64,000 nt of DNA from Marsupella aquatica. Its lineage: Eukaryota > Plantae > Marchantiophyta. Made by a program: the position numbers and the translations under genes. Of this stretch, positions 41,341 through 55,064 are shown piece by piece (positions within the stretch are counted from its first letter, which is position 1; every line of letters begins with the position of its first letter). The notes below the pieces were generated by a model that saw only the letters and a program-made list of their open reading frames with translations, made no database searches and was not told the DNA's origin. The stretch lies in contig OZ316897.1 in NCBI GenBank assembly GCA_973895155.1, positions 17,342,058 to 17,406,057 of the forward strand, in the 5' to 3' direction.

Positions 41341-42520
41341 ATGAAATAATCACAAAAAAATGTCTTTTTTTTTAACTTCTCATAAAACTCAAAACTCAAC
41401 ACCGCCGCATAGCCCATGAAGCTAGGAGTCCAATATTGAAAGCCAAATTCAAAATTGAGTTTTGACAAAAAAGTTATTCAAATTTTGGTTGGGGTGGGTA
41501 AAACCTTGGGAAACTACCCCATTTTGACCACCTCAAGGAATAACCAAAATACCAAATACAACCCATTGTTGGAATTGCGATGTGTTTGGTGCGCCGTGTT
41601 GCCAACTTCAATGGCTACGTCCTTGCCAAAAAAGAACCAAAAAAGTTTGCATTTGGTGGACAAAATTTTTGTCGCACGGCCAAAAAACAGCTCTCTGGTT
41701 TTTGGAAATATTCCTGTACAGTCCGACAGGTCTCACATGGGGCCGTTCCCCTTGTTGGAGCGATTAAATCGGAGGGCGGCAGGTCTCGACAAGAAGGAAA
41801 AACCAATAGGAAGAAAAAAAGAAAATTAAAGAGTGCCCTAAAGGGGTGCTAATCCCCCTTACTTGAGATACACCCCGTATGGGGTCGCAGTGTACTCGGT
41901 CCAGGCATAAGGGGGCGTATAGGGTGGGCGGTCGGGCAAGTAGGTACAACTGAGTAAGCAGCCGGAGTCCCCGTGCGCCGGGAGGAGGCGGGGACGCGTA
42001 GGGGCAAGGCATAGGCAGGGTCATGAGGGGAAAATTTTGGGCGACTGCGTCGCAGTCGCATTCCTTGTTGGAAAAAATTGGGTCAAGGCCCCTGGGCCCT
42101 CACTCCTTGTATATTATACAATCATACCTGTGAGCCTCCCCTACACACATACCCCTTCTTATTAAATTTTCTCCTATAGAGATTATCCTTGTTTTTTATA
42201 AAAAACCAAACATTTACTCTTATTAAAATATCTTCAGTGTATTACAAAAGTGAGTTTTGAGCAATAATAATTATTCTTCATATATTACAATTTGTATTGA
42301 GCGATAATGCTTAACGCTGTCGGGTATGCTGCAATCTTTATATATGTAATCGAGTATGTAACTGGAGAGTTTTTTTGAAGACCAAGTTACCACTGGTCAT
42401 GTATGTATATAACTGCTCTATAAAGGAGATGAAAATGGTAAGTCTTTATAAATCTAAAGACTGATATTGAATCAGCTATTGAATCAGCTAACCCCGCAGC
42501 TAACCTAAGACAATACAAAC

Positions 42521-43000
42521 CTAAGACTCCTGCCCACTGTCATGCCTTCCAATGTTGGTCTGCTTCATAAGTGAATAGTCACTTATGTGTACAGGCCATT
42601 CTGCTTGCCAAAAAATATGATTGTAAAAATGGGAAGGGACAATTGCAGGCAAATCATATGATTTTCGAACAGAGATCACACTCCATAGCCCCTCCACACT
42701 TGCCTCTACTTCAGGAATCACAACATCTATGATTCCTAAACCACAACCTCCAGAACTCTCTTTAGCTATCTCCTTGTTGCTCCACTCTTCTTTGCTGTAA
42801 TCAGGGCTGCCTTTCCCCTGTGCCTTCCTTGACTTTGGAACTCTGGAATAAACCACAACAGCTGCTGCATTTGTCAGACCTCCAGTACCGGGTCTGCTTC
42901 TCCTCCTGCTCAGTCTAGAGCGTTTCTTCATCACTGTTGTCCCCACCTTAGTCATCTCGAAGTCTCCAATACACCTGATCCACAAATGGACCAACACCAT
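42521..43000 (-). CDS. Hypothetical ORF/exon downstream of the P-like transposase
   Basis: 159-aa open frame with a basic stretch (KKRSRLSRRRSR); no family recognised. Confidence 0.3.
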   Translation of the reverse strand: MVLVHLWIRCIGDFEMTKVGTTVMKKRSRLSRRRSRPGTGGLTNAAAVVVYSRVPKSRKAQGKGSPDYSKEEWSNKEIAKESSGGCGLGIIDVVIPEVEASVEGLWSVISVRKSYDLPAIVPSHFYNHIFWQAEWPVHISDYSLMKQTNIGRHDSGQES

Positions 43001-43184
43001 GAATGAGTATTATATTGAATACAACCAGATCTACAAGGTTTACAGATAACATATCAGAATACGCTTAGGATGTTTTCAAATCTTAACTTGCTACCTTCGC
43101 TCCTCTGGAGAATGTGTTACCCCGGTGTGTAACTGATGAATGATAAACATCAGGCATGGAGTGTACCTGCCCAAATACAGGTCA

Positions 43185-45500
43185 TCATTCTATGTTGTTC
43201 TTTACAAAATTGTCGAGGGCAGTCACATCATCTGGAGGCAACTTAAAAATAGTTGGATAGAGAGGATCCACTGTAAAAATCACAGTTGATATGACACAGT
43301 CCAAGTCAATGGTCTGTGGATCACACATATATTATAAGCAAATTTGTTCATACTAGACCCAACCGGTGTAAACCAATTGAACACTACTTGACATGCAGCT
43401 TCGGAACCAGGTCTATCAAGTAGATCCAAAGGTTCTCTAGATCTGCAAACACTGTTACCATACTTTCGGTGGATGCTTTGCACCTGCCAATCCACCAAAC
43501 ATACTTTGGCCCAGATGCAGAACACACTGCTACCGGATCTCCTCTTGGCTTCTTTGGATTGGTCACATTTTGTTTTGATTTCCTTCCACCTGCTTTCCCT
43601 TTGGATGCTTTTGCTACGGCCTCTGAGTTTCGAGTTGCCCTGACCTCATGTTGTGTTTCATCAAGGAAGAAAACACCACAGTCAGTGCCCACTGTCATGA
43701 ACATAGTTGGTACACCCTCTCTATAGTTGGGTTTGTCCACTAAATTATTGAAGTACACACTCTGTTTCACACGAGTCAATCGGTCCTTACTCAAGTGGGG
43801 GTTTCCAATCAGCAGGCTAACCAATGTACTTTTGTAGATCTGTCGCTCTTGAAAACACACAGTTGGCTTCACTTGCTTAATTGGTGCACCATACAACAAG
43901 TCTGAATGCATGATATTCATTGTTGCAGACAATTTGGAGGCAGCTTCCTCTACATGAGCGTCTACGTAACGGACAGACATCCCAGGGAAGGAACTCTCAG
44001 TCTCAGTCTCAGCGCCAGCTACAATCCCCAGGGTGGTAACAATAGGTGAAGCTTCCAAAATCATTGTATCAATCTCAGTGACAGTTTGAGGTTGGGCTTC
44101 ACCATTCAAAGCAGGTCGCACATCTCAAATGTCCAAAGTATCTCGTACATCTACAAGTGTATCCACATTGATGTCACACCATCCACCAGACTTCACCCCT
44201 TTTGACTCAACTTTCCACGGTGAGTTCCACCATAGCTTATCCTTGCAAGATGTTGAAGGATTCATTTCCAGCTCAGTTGCAGCACATTGTGCCAAACTTA
44301 ATCCCTCGTGCAATGCAACCATGATTGCTGCATTTGTCTCTATCCCTGTATAATCTGTCTGATCTAGACAGACATGAACTGCCTCTGAATCTAATTGAAG
44401 ATCCATCCAAATGTTCGAATGCTTTTTGTGGCTCTTTCCAGCACCCATCAATCCCTCTGATACATCCATTGCAGCCAATCTGTTAAGATTAGTGGCACAC
44501 TCCACTAATTCTGACAAGTCATAGCTTCGCTCACGACCGTTCATGCCCCCTACTTTTGAGAAGAATTGCTCACACGCATCTGAGCCAGTCAACTCTAGAG
44601 GCACTGGAAGATGCTTGAAGTGGTCTCGGAATTGGATTATCAACAGAACTATAAAATGGACTGACATTTGAACATCAAGAAAGGTTTGCATACGGATACA
44701 GTTCCGCATGAAAGTAATTGGTTGTGTATTCCCCCCTACAGTATGGTTCCCATGGAAGCACCATAGGCGCCACAGTCTGAAGAAGAAACCCACCTTCCCA
44801 CAAAGTACAACCCTCTCCCGTAGAGTGAGCCGAGGGTTCATGAATATATCCAGATAATCTCCACATATACGAACAAACACCTCAGTTCCAAGTGCGAGCT
44901 CCACCCTTGCATCCTTCCGCAGACGCAACATCCTCAGCGTAGAACCCGCCTTACGACTACAAATCCTTTGTGCACTAGCCCAATTTTGCCTATCATTTCG
45001 TGTTACATCATCATGGTTCAGCCCATGAAGGTCATGGTCATATAAACCTAACAGGAGTCTCAGATGACTCAGGTTGGCCACTTGAGTCCCCAGTTTCAAT
45101 ATCCGAGCTGAAGAATCCAATGGGTTCACTAACTTCTTCCCATTGTGGATATAGTCTTGGTCATGTAGCCCAACAGCGTGGGTCAATGGCCCATCACCTG
45201 TCATAGAGTGGCTCAATTTCCAGCCAGGTTCCCACCCAAGGCTAAATCTTGGCCCTGCCTTCTGACAGCCAGTATAGTCCTCCAACATTAACTTCCTCCT
45301 GCGTGCATCCCGTCACTTGCATGGCCGAGTAAAGGCCCCACACTCTCCAGACAATGAGTGTTCCACAATGACTCCAGGATATCCCACTACTCTCTAACCC
45401 AAGGAGCTTTAAATCTATTACATGTACCTGTAGCTAGTATAAGCAACCGTGGGAATCCCTCTGCAAGGGGATTGACTACTATACAACGAGCCATCTGCCC
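43185..45500 (-). pseudogene. P-element-like DDE transposase, C-terminal part
   Basis: GHASDG(D), QDYIHNGKKLVNPL (DxxH motif), DRQNWASAQRICS, TEVFVRICGDYLDIFMN and GSDACEQFFSKVGG match P/THAP9 motif order. C-terminal extension with frameshifts ends ...DNFVKNNIE* at 43185. Confidence 0.75.
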
Positions 45501-45519
45501 TACCACTAGTACATTATGA

Positions 45520-46045
45520 GGCCAATTTCCGATATGGACACCTTCGGATCCCTTTGTAAAATTTTTCCAAGAAAAACATCTCATCCGACTCTAAACGTAT
45601 CGCAAATTCCGACTCTCAACCCATCGGATAACGACAATCGGAAGATAATCGGACTTTGCGATACAAAACTTAACGCACTTTGCGTACCCAAAAATAACGG
45701 AAAATCAGCCGTCCGATGTTCTGCAAATCGGAAATGGAAGAGGGGAGCCGATACACTTCCGATCCACTTCCGATACGTAAAGAATCGGACTTTGGGTAAC
45801 TTTGAATATCGCATATTGCGTATCAAAAGGTTACGCAAAGACTGTAAATAAAAGTATCGAACATAACATTGTTATAAAGATCGAAAATACCGTTACTAGA
45901 AGTATCGGAAAGACCGTAACCAAGGGTATCGGAAAGATCGATTCTCTAGGGATGGCAAATTCCGAGTTTGGGAGAATCGGACATTCCGATATTTTTAAGA
46001 TCGGAGGAGTATCGGATAATTGAAGGGGTAAAATTTCCGATTATT
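45520..46045. repeat. CACTA-1 left subterminal motif array (TCCGA/TCGGA)
   Basis: Dense (t)tccga(t) and atcgga copies in both orientations. Confidence 0.9.
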
Positions 46046-46274
46046 AATTTTGGGGGTGTGGGGGTTACAATGTTGGGATGCATGGAAGTGAGCATGGGTA
46101 GCAAGAATGGTAGTGAGACTCAAAAGGGGGAAACCCCTGCCATTATATATACAAAAGAGGATGGCCTCCTCTAGCATGGAAAGTACAACCTTTACATGTA
46201 CAGGTGTATAATCCATCTCAACCTGCATGGTATCGTGGCCTACCTACAAATGGTCCTATGCTAAGCTACCTGGC

Positions 46275-49052
46275 CTATCCATATGTTGGTGCATGTCGTC
46301 CCTTCCTCTTCTTGGCACGAGGGCGATAACTCTCTGGTCGGGTAGTGGCATCTGGCACTAACCCTAGGACCCTATCAATGACAGCATGAGATGCAGTTGC
46401 AGCTGTGGTGCTTGGAGCTATCGCGGTACCAACGTCACCAACATCACCTTCTAAGTCATGAGAAGGCACTGTAACACCCCCAGCATCGGAGCAAGTATGA
46501 AATGATGCACTTCCACTACCCCCTTGGGCTGCAGAGTGGTGAGACCCTGCACCTCCACTAGCCCCTGACTGGTGAGATGGAGTCCCATCACCAATGCCAC
46601 CAACTGCAGTCCCACTCACCCTGTTGGCCCCTGAATGACCACGAGCAGTGCTCCCACCCCCACTAGCCCCTCCACCACTAGCCCCTGAATGGCGAGAACC
46701 ATTCCCGCCAACAACCCCTGAATGGCGGCGAGAACCACCATGGGGCCCACTACCAACCCCCCCACCAGACCCGGGCCTGTGAGAACCACTATGGGCCCCA
46801 GTACTACCCCGCCCACCAGCACTTGCAGATCGATCAAAACCGCCCCGGCGCCCACTACCACTTGTCCCAACACCACCTCCAGCAGCTGTAGCACCCCCAC
46901 TACCTCCTGCTGCTCTACGGCCACCTACATCACCATCAGTCCTCCGTCTAGAATGACTACCTCGAGTCCCTCGGGATGTGCCGCCAATCAAGCGAACAGG
47001 GGTGGGTGCCACACTCCCCTCCTCAGCCTCAGACTCTGAATCTGAGGCCCCCGAACCCTCCTCGGCTGAGTCCAAACCCTCCGACTCCTCATTTGACTCC
47101 TACATACATGTAAGCAACCATGAACCCAAGTGTTAGTGTTGAAAATGACCTACAAGGGAGTGATTATAACCATGTTGCATCAAAGGTTAGAAATATGGTT
47201 TTCAATTGTGCATATACTTACTGACCCCAACTCGTCCTACATGTGAAGTTTCAGAGCCCGCGTTCCAAATTTCTTAGCCAACTCTCTCTCAGGTGGCAAG
47301 ATTGGGCGTCCATGCTCTCGCTCCTGCACCATACTCAAGATAATAATTAACCCCCCTCCCCGGCAAATGAGAATAAAATTGAAACCCCCCATTACTTGAA
47401 ATACATTATTTTAAAAGTTAATCCCTACCAAATCCCCCACATTACTTAATGAATAATAATCCCTACCTAGCCCCACACATTACTTAGAAAAATTCCCTAA
47501 CACCCCCACATCCCTTTCAACTCATGGGTATCACTACCCACTCTACCTATATAAAATACTCCCTTATTATCGTGGCCTAACTATCGCAAAAAGCAACGAC
47601 AACCTAAGCCCGACACTCCTTAAAAAAAACAAACCCCCCGGCGTGGCCTAAAACAGTCAAATATTCAAAATTTTGAATTTTTCCGATGCTTCCCTAATCG
47701 GACCCCTCCACCCTAAACCCCAAAACCTAAGGTCCGATGCAGGGTCTGATTCTCAGGTAATCGGACCATAATCGGAAGCCTTGCGTCCAAAACCCATAAG
47801 AGAGAGTCCCACTCCATTTCCGACTCTTCAGCAATCGGAATAGAATCGGAAACAGAAAAAAATAAGGACACATCAAAACTTGCGATACAGGCTCGATAAC
47901 AAACGCACATGGATAAGAGGGGAGGTCTGGGAGGACTTATGCAGGCATAGCCAAGGTTGTGCCTGAGGTGATCAGGGAGAGGGAGGACCCAATTTCAAGG
48001 TGAAAATTCAGCAAGGAGGCGAGCAAGGAGGAGGGGAGCAGAGGACTTACAAACTCTGCTTTGAGACGATGCGCTCCACCCTGCCCCATTCGGTGAGTAA
48101 CTACAGGTCTCTTCTCCACCCTCTCAATTGCATTTTGAATGTAAAGTGGAGGGTCTCCAAGCAGTGCTAATTTGGCCTCCCATTCCATTAAGTTTTGCTG
48201 CAGGAGGGGGATGTCAACAGTCTGTCCTGAAAGGACCCTCTTCTCTGCCTCATCGAGCTCAGCCTGCCAGTGACGTCTCGCTTGCCAAGCACGAACCTGT
48301 AGCTCAGCATCAATCCAAGCAGACCAGGCATCAGCTGGTATCTCATCCGGGGGATCTCTCTGCCTGATCACCTCTGCCTCCTCCTTACAATCTGCCAGGT
48401 ACTTCCTCATCTTTTCTCTCACATTATTACGTCTATCTGCAAGTGAACGTGAGATCTTCTTATTCAACCATCGATCATCCAGGAAGTAGCCATTACAGAA
48501 TCGCTCCTTCACTTGCTCCCTTGCTTGAAATTTCTCCTCTTCTTTCTTCTTCCCCCAGTAGTCTAAGGGGCTGAAATTTGCCCTCAACACCTGCCCTAGC
48601 TGACTTCTGAACAAATTGTAGCTCTTTGTCATCGGAGCTCCTCCCTTATTAATGAACAATTTTGGCCGTTTGGCCCTTTCCTCTGCTCGTAGCCTCTCTT
48701 CCTCAATCCTTGCCCTCTCTGCAGCTCGAGCCTCCTTTCTAAGCCTCTTCTCTCTTTCTTGTGGTGAGAGGGCCTCCACTGGCCTGCCTTTCCTCTCCTC
48801 CTTCCTCTTTCTTTTTTTCTCCTTTCCTTTCTCTAGCCTCTCCATGAAAGCCTTCTCTGCTTCACTTATGGCAGATTGCCTGGATTCGTCAATCAGGCCC
48901 TGGGTCAATTGAGCTGCTATGGCCGCAGCTTCAGCAGACAGGCCTGCTTGCCTCTTGAAAATCTCTGCCATAATGTCCAAGATCTGCTGTGACGGCCCTG
49001 CTCCATCTCCACCCACCCTGGCTGCTCCGTCTCCTCCCCCCAGCCGTGCCAT
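46275..49052 (-). pseudogene. TnpA-like (Ptta/En/Spm) gene of CACTA-1, three exons, one premature stop
   Basis: Exons 49052-48051, 47323-47222 (102 nt, contains one TAG) and 47099-46275, all phase 0 with GT-AG. HRMGQGG motif, coiled-coil/basic region and Gly/Ser-rich tail. Confidence 0.8.
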
Positions 49053-50114
49053 TCCCCTCAGCCTCGACCTCCAATGCGTGCTCCTCCACTTTGTGTTCAC
49101 TCAGCAGCTCCTCCCAAGTTGCATCCGAAACCAAGCCCGATACAAAGACATTCGTACTTTAGTCGAGAAAAGTACCAAACCCTATTGTGCCCTCCATCCG
49201 ACTTTTTAAGAATCAGAACATCCGATACTTGAACTATCGAAAACGGGATCGGAAATAGCGATGCTTAAAGTATCGGACCCCTCTTCCAATATGATCGGAC
49301 TTAGCTTGTCCATTATTTTTTATGCCTTTAAGGATGGATTTATAATAAGTTAGTCAATGGGGGGGGGGGCTGGGGATGTGGTAAGGAAATGTAAGTTTAG
49401 TTGATGTGAAAACTTGCATTGTAATTGTAGGCCTGGTTGAGTAGCCGGATTTTGTTTGGGCGGTGGGGTTCTTGAATAAAAGCCGGTTATAGGTGCGGTA
49501 ACGTCCCCCTTACAACAACATACTTTTGGGGTTGAACGGTATGATCATTGACCCACTCACATTAAAAGTTTTGACAAATTTGTCCACCTTGTATGTGGAT
49601 TTAATTTTGGGGGCCAAATAAAGTTAACCTCATGTGCGTGTATTGTGCAGTATTTTTTTGCGGAGGGTTGGGTCGTTCTCTTTGTTTGTATTTTTGTAGG
49701 TCCATTTTTGCAATGCATTATGCATCGCGATAGGCCGTGCATCCGAAAGGTATGATATACTCCCTTTATCATTTGGAGGTGAGCACTTTAAGTATATATT
49801 TGGCTAAAGTTTTTTCATTGATGGCCACAATATATAGTGGATATGATTCTATGGGGACATATGTATAGATAAATTCTGATGGTATTCCTTTAATTGTGCA
49901 GACATTTCGGATATTGTCTTAGCATATATTCTAAGGCCAAGATCCTAGTAGGCATTGTTCAGTGCGGATATCATTTAGGTAAGATGCACAGTCATTATTT
50001 TTAATTATTCGCTTAGTGTAAACTAGGTTCCAATCTTGACATATTGTATTTAGGGTACTTAATATGAGTGGGAAAGATTTTTGACATGTGATTAATTTTC
50101 ACATTGATGGGCAG

Positions 50115-53100
50115 ATGTCAAATTCTGGGAGTTCCGAGTCAGATTCTGACTCGGACTCATCATCTTCTGAGGGGGACATTCCTCCCCCCCCCCCCCTCGG
50201 AGGCCGCATCATCCTCCTCCTCCTCTAGGCCCCATTCCATGTTGGTGTGTGCGATGTAAGGGAATGGTGGTTCGTCAAGCTTGGGAGTGTATTGAGCATA
50301 TTGAGAATTATGGGCAACACCAACCTGATTTACCAGGACATTCAGCTCACCAGGTATGCACCCCATACTCTCATCCCACACATTTCAATGAAGGAAACAT
50401 AATTTGCCACTTACAATCATGGCCACTATCATCATATATTTATTAATTTTGGATTTTTTTTTAATGAATACGTGCCCCGTAGGCCCCCTCCTCCATTGAT
50501 CTCTAAAGAGCTATGGCTAGACACATTCTTGGCTAGTGCAAGACGGATGCTTGCATCAACATCTACACCCCCTCCTCCTGCCCCGTGCCCCAATGGTGAG
50601 GGCGGGAGTGTACCTGTAGCAAGGGTGGAGGACATTGAGCAAGGTGACCTGGAGGTACCTCCATCTAGGGTTTTACGCACCGGCCCACGCTCCCATAGGC
50701 ATAGGAGACATTATGAACCATTGGGCACTCGTGAGTCTCAAGACCCAAACTTGGTAGGTCCGCCTATGATGAAACCAGGTGAGGGTTATGTGGTAGTGGA
50801 GGGTAGGTTGGGATTGTCATATCTCACTGGAAAGGCGTTGCCTCTTGTGAAGGACTTCTCGTCTGAGATATTCAAAATCCCTCAAGGCATACCCACTAAT
50901 GCCCCTATAGAGATATGGGGCCGTCATTGGATAGTGCAGTCATCTTCCCTTGGTGTTGATGTAGGATTTGGGTTATTTGCTTTGGAGGACATTGTGGTCC
51001 ATCCAAAGCCATGGCGAAGAGGTTATGATGGGGAACACTTATTTCCTTATATTGGCCCTATATACACTGCCAAGAATTGGAACATTATTTTACGGCAACA
51101 ACCATCATGGGGAGTGTATGCATTGCAAATGGATTCCGATCCGGATGAGGTCCTCAAGAGGCCTTGGCATTGTAGGATGATTGATGGTGATCCTGTGCGA
51201 TGTGATAACATCGCTGGGTATATCAATAGTACCAAAGGGAGAGGACGAGGACTTCAACCAAATGTAGAGTGGGTTCAGATTTTTGGGGCACTGCCACCAC
51301 CTTACTATGTGAAGCATATGGATGACCATGTTATGACTGTAGCCATTAGGACGTACTATTAGGGCTGGTGAGGAACTCTTTTGTGACTATGATTGGAACG
51401 CGTCTAAGATGGCCATACGGTGTCGTCCTTCATAGCACATACAAACATGTGTATATGTTCACTTTTATAAAAATATTACTTGAGTCATTCTCTAATTGGT
51501 TTCAAGAGCTATGGAGTCTTTTGACTCATTCATATATGGATGTCTCAATTGTTGGTTGAGAGACCTGGACTTATATCATTCTCATTGTTTTCTTTTGTGT
51601 ATGATAGAATGTATTTGTTCAGCCAGATATTGAGGTATTATCACAAGCTGTGCGACAACATCTCCTTCAGGCCATGGATGGTAGGCAAGGGGGTCAACCT
51701 TTTGAGGATATGGACATTCCATATGAACTACCTAATGCTACCCAAGAAAGAGTGGATGAGGACCGGGCTATGGATGAGTTGATGCACCAATTCATGGATG
51801 CAGATGAGGGTGATCCCCGGGGTGATCATGACCCAGGTGACTAGGAGGACATTGACTTACCTCCTCCTCATAGGCATACTCCTTCATGGAATCGACACTT
51901 GCACCAGTGGGAGGAGGCTCAAGAGCATGCACGGACTCATCTTTTTGAGGGGTCTAGATTATCTCGTCTTTCAACAATCATGTTATTACTGAACTTGCAG
52001 CAAAGACATGGAGCAAGCAACTTGCTTCTTGATGATATTTTCAGGACATTGCATGATCGTATGTTACCAGAGGGGAATAACTTGCCAGCATCATGGAAAG
52101 AGGCAAAGAAAGTGTTGAAGTCCATAGGCCTCAAGTATGAGGTCATACATGCTTGTGTGAATGATTGTGTTTTGTTCAGGAAGGAGCACTCAAATGCTCT
52201 TACATGTCCTGTGTGCAACGCGCCAAGATATCGTGAGGATATGTTGACAGGAAGAGTACCTCAAAAGGTTATGAGGTACTTTCCCCTTATTCCTCGTTTG
52301 CGTCACCAGTTTTGATGTGCAGAGTTGGCTAAGTATATGGTATGGCATTCCCAACACCGTTCAGACACTACTCAGGATCCAACCATGCGCATGATGGTTG
52401 ACTCTCCTGCAAACAGATTTGTGGAAGAGCGTTGGGGTGAGTTCAAGACTGACCCTCGTCATGTTCGCCTTGGTTTGGCATCAGACGGCATTAGCCCATT
52501 TGCACTGGCCAGAAAGGCCAAACCATACTCTGTATGGCCAGTAGTCCTCACTAACTACAACATCCCACCATGGATGGCCATGAAGAAGGGTCATTTGCTC
52601 CTATCTATGATTATTCCTGGCCCTAAGCAAGTGAAGAAGATTGATGTATACTTGCAACCGTTGATTGAGGAGCTACAGAAACTTTGGGGGGGAGTGGATT
52701 GCTATGATGGTCGAGTGCATACAGGGGGCTTACCCCGTGAGTTTCAGCTCAAAGCCATTCTTATGTGGACCATGCATGATCTTCCAGGTACCCAACTCTT
52801 TATAAATTAAGTATGGCTTGTGCAGCTACCCATATATATATATATCGTTCTGTTTATTTTTTTTCCCTTTGGTTTGGTTTCAAAACTTAATGGGTTTTAA
52901 TTTGTGACCATTGTTTGTGAAGGGTTTGGATATATTTCTGGCTTGCAAACTTCTGGATATCGTGCTTGCCCAACTTGTGGACCAGACTTGGAGGGAGTGG
53001 CACGCCCAAAGTCTACCACCCTGCGGAAGATAGTTTACATTGGTCACACAAAGTATCTTCCTGAGGGGCATGACTGGAGGTATGATCCATTTTTGTATGA

Positions 53101-54878
53101 CACGGATGAGGGCCAGCCAGACACAAGACCTCAACCTTTACCGAAGGACCCAATATATTGGAAGGAGGTATGGGAGAGGGTGACTGATCCAAATGACCCA
53201 TTACCCTTGGCTAGATGTGGCATGACCCGTTTGTCTGCATTGGCACAACTTCCATATTGGGAACACATGCCGATAAATCATCTATTGGACCCTATGCATA
53301 TTGAGGGGAATGTTGGGAGGTCATTGATCCGCCATCTATATGGAGAGAAAAACAACAATTGGAGGGAGAGTTGTGAGGAGATGGGGATGCATGGCCTTCA
53401 TGGTTTTTGGCCATCTATGGACCCTGACCCTCCCCTTACTATCCATCCCCCATGGGTTTTCACAAGGAGTGAGCGAATAGAGTTTCGCAAGCGGATAGGG
53501 TCAATGCGGTTTCCTATAGGGTATGGTGCCAATCTTCGCAAGGCATTTGGTGGAGATGACTCTCCAAAATGGCCAGTTTTCTTGAAGACCCACGATTATC
53601 ATCGTCTATTGCAGCACGTTATTCCAGTTGCTATTATTGGATTGGGCAGCGAGGATCTTCGGGATGCACTTTGGTCATTGGGTAGATTGTTGAGATGGGT
53701 TTGTCAAAAGGAGGTCAACGAGGGAGAGATTGCTGCCATGGAGGTATTTGGAGTGGAGGTTGTGTGCAAGTTGGAGCGAGCACTCCCTCCTTCCTTCTTT
53801 GATGGTCAAGTTCATTTTCTTGTACATCTAGTGCGTGAAGTAGCCATTGCAGGCCCAGTACATTGTCGTTGGATGTATTGGGTAGAGCGATTCATGGGAG
53901 TCATGAAATCATATGTATCAAACCGTGCTAGGGTGGAAGGTAGCATTGCCGAACGTCACCTTGGAGCAGAGAGTATGTTCTATTGTACGAACATTGTGGC
54001 TACACTTGATCCAAATGCTCCAAGGGGTTGGATAGATGAGTCCAGCACGAGAGGCAGATTATGAAGAGGATAGACTCACTGGAGCAAAGGGAGAACGACT
54101 ACTAGGCTCTGCTGAACGTCTGCAACTCACCACATTCATGTTGTATAACTCACCAGAGATTGCAGGGGAGTGGACTGCATTTTATGAGGAGGAGAAGAGT
54201 AATAGTCGTCGGCCACGCCTCTTCCCCAAGTTTCTCCGATATATGAAGGAGAAGTTGACAGAGATTGATGCCTTGTTGGGTCAGGGTGAGAGTGTTTTGC
54301 ACTTTCCGAAGGTCACCAATGACATTCGCACCCTTGTTCATGGTCCATTACTCATGGTCACGACTCGAACAGCCATGTGGTCAAAGGGGAGGCATTTTTG
54401 AATCCAACATCTTGATATGAAGAGAGCAGCAACACAAGATTGTGGGGTGATGGGGTGGTTCACCCAAGAGTCACAAAGTAGCACTTCTGACCGGAATCCA
54501 ATATGTTCAATTGTGGCCCACTATGGGAAGATAGAGGAGATTCTTATCGTAAATTATCATGCCCATACAACCTTGGAGGAGGTGGTGTTCAATTGCAAAT
54601 GGTTTCGGATGAATCTTGTTGGCCATAATCGGACCTGTGAAGAAGATGCATGTGGGTTCACACGATTGAAGACCAGTGCAACTAGTGTCATTAGTTCCAA
54701 TTGGAGGACCTCAGATCCATTTGCATTTCCCCATCATTTGGAGCAATCTTTCTATCTTCCTTATCCGAATGACCCAGAGTGGTCCATTGTTATGCCTTAC
54801 ATCCCTCGCTCACGATCTATTGTTCAAGACAAGCCAAGTGTAGTTGTAGTAGAGGATTTGGACCCCTCATTACAATAG
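50115..54878 (+). pseudogene. Tnp2/TnpD-family CACTA transposase, spliced and decayed
   Basis: Exon 1 50115-50353 (CWCVRCK...HIENYG, transposase-associated Zn domain; poly-C frameshift). Exon 2 51623 or 51671 to 52787 (IHACVNDCVLF, LGLASDG, YSVWPVVLTNYNIPPW, HDLPG). Exon 3 52923-54878 (LDPMHIEGNV, PPSFFD..HLV..GPVHCRWMY..ER, FNCKWF). Stops at 51842, 52313 and 54399; frameshift ~54050. Confidence 0.93.
50472..51435 (+). pseudogene. SET-domain (lysine methyltransferase-like) ORF nested in the Tnp2 intron
   Basis: SET motifs in order: GFGLFALEDI, PYIG, YAL...IDG, IAGYINS, PNV, then AIR-TIRAGEELFCDYDW once 4 bp (acgt, 51351-51354) are removed. Stop at 51433-51435. Confidence 0.85.
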
Positions 54879-55064
54879 ATGCGACCTAGGTAAAACCCCT
54901 ATATGTTTTATCTTCATGGATATCATATACATTTTGTCATGTCATTTCACACATGCCCAAAGATTCATTGGTTGGATATAATTTTGGATACAACTGTATA
55001 TAGTCCCTTGACACAATCCAAATTGCAATCCCTAAGTAATATATGCATTTGAGTCACGTCCATT

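Noticed and set aside
41400-42100. Exact left terminus of the P-like element, or the copia 5' LTR/PBS
   Set aside because: No match to the copia LTR or a PBS, and no partner TIR in the window to fix a boundary.
45516-46228. ORFs in the CACTA-1 left end
   Set aside because: They arise from the subterminal motif array and TnpA 3' region; no coding signal.
46616-47039. Val-rich and Thr/Pro-rich ORFs as separate genes
   Set aside because: Alternative-frame and antisense shadows of the low-complexity TnpA exon 3.
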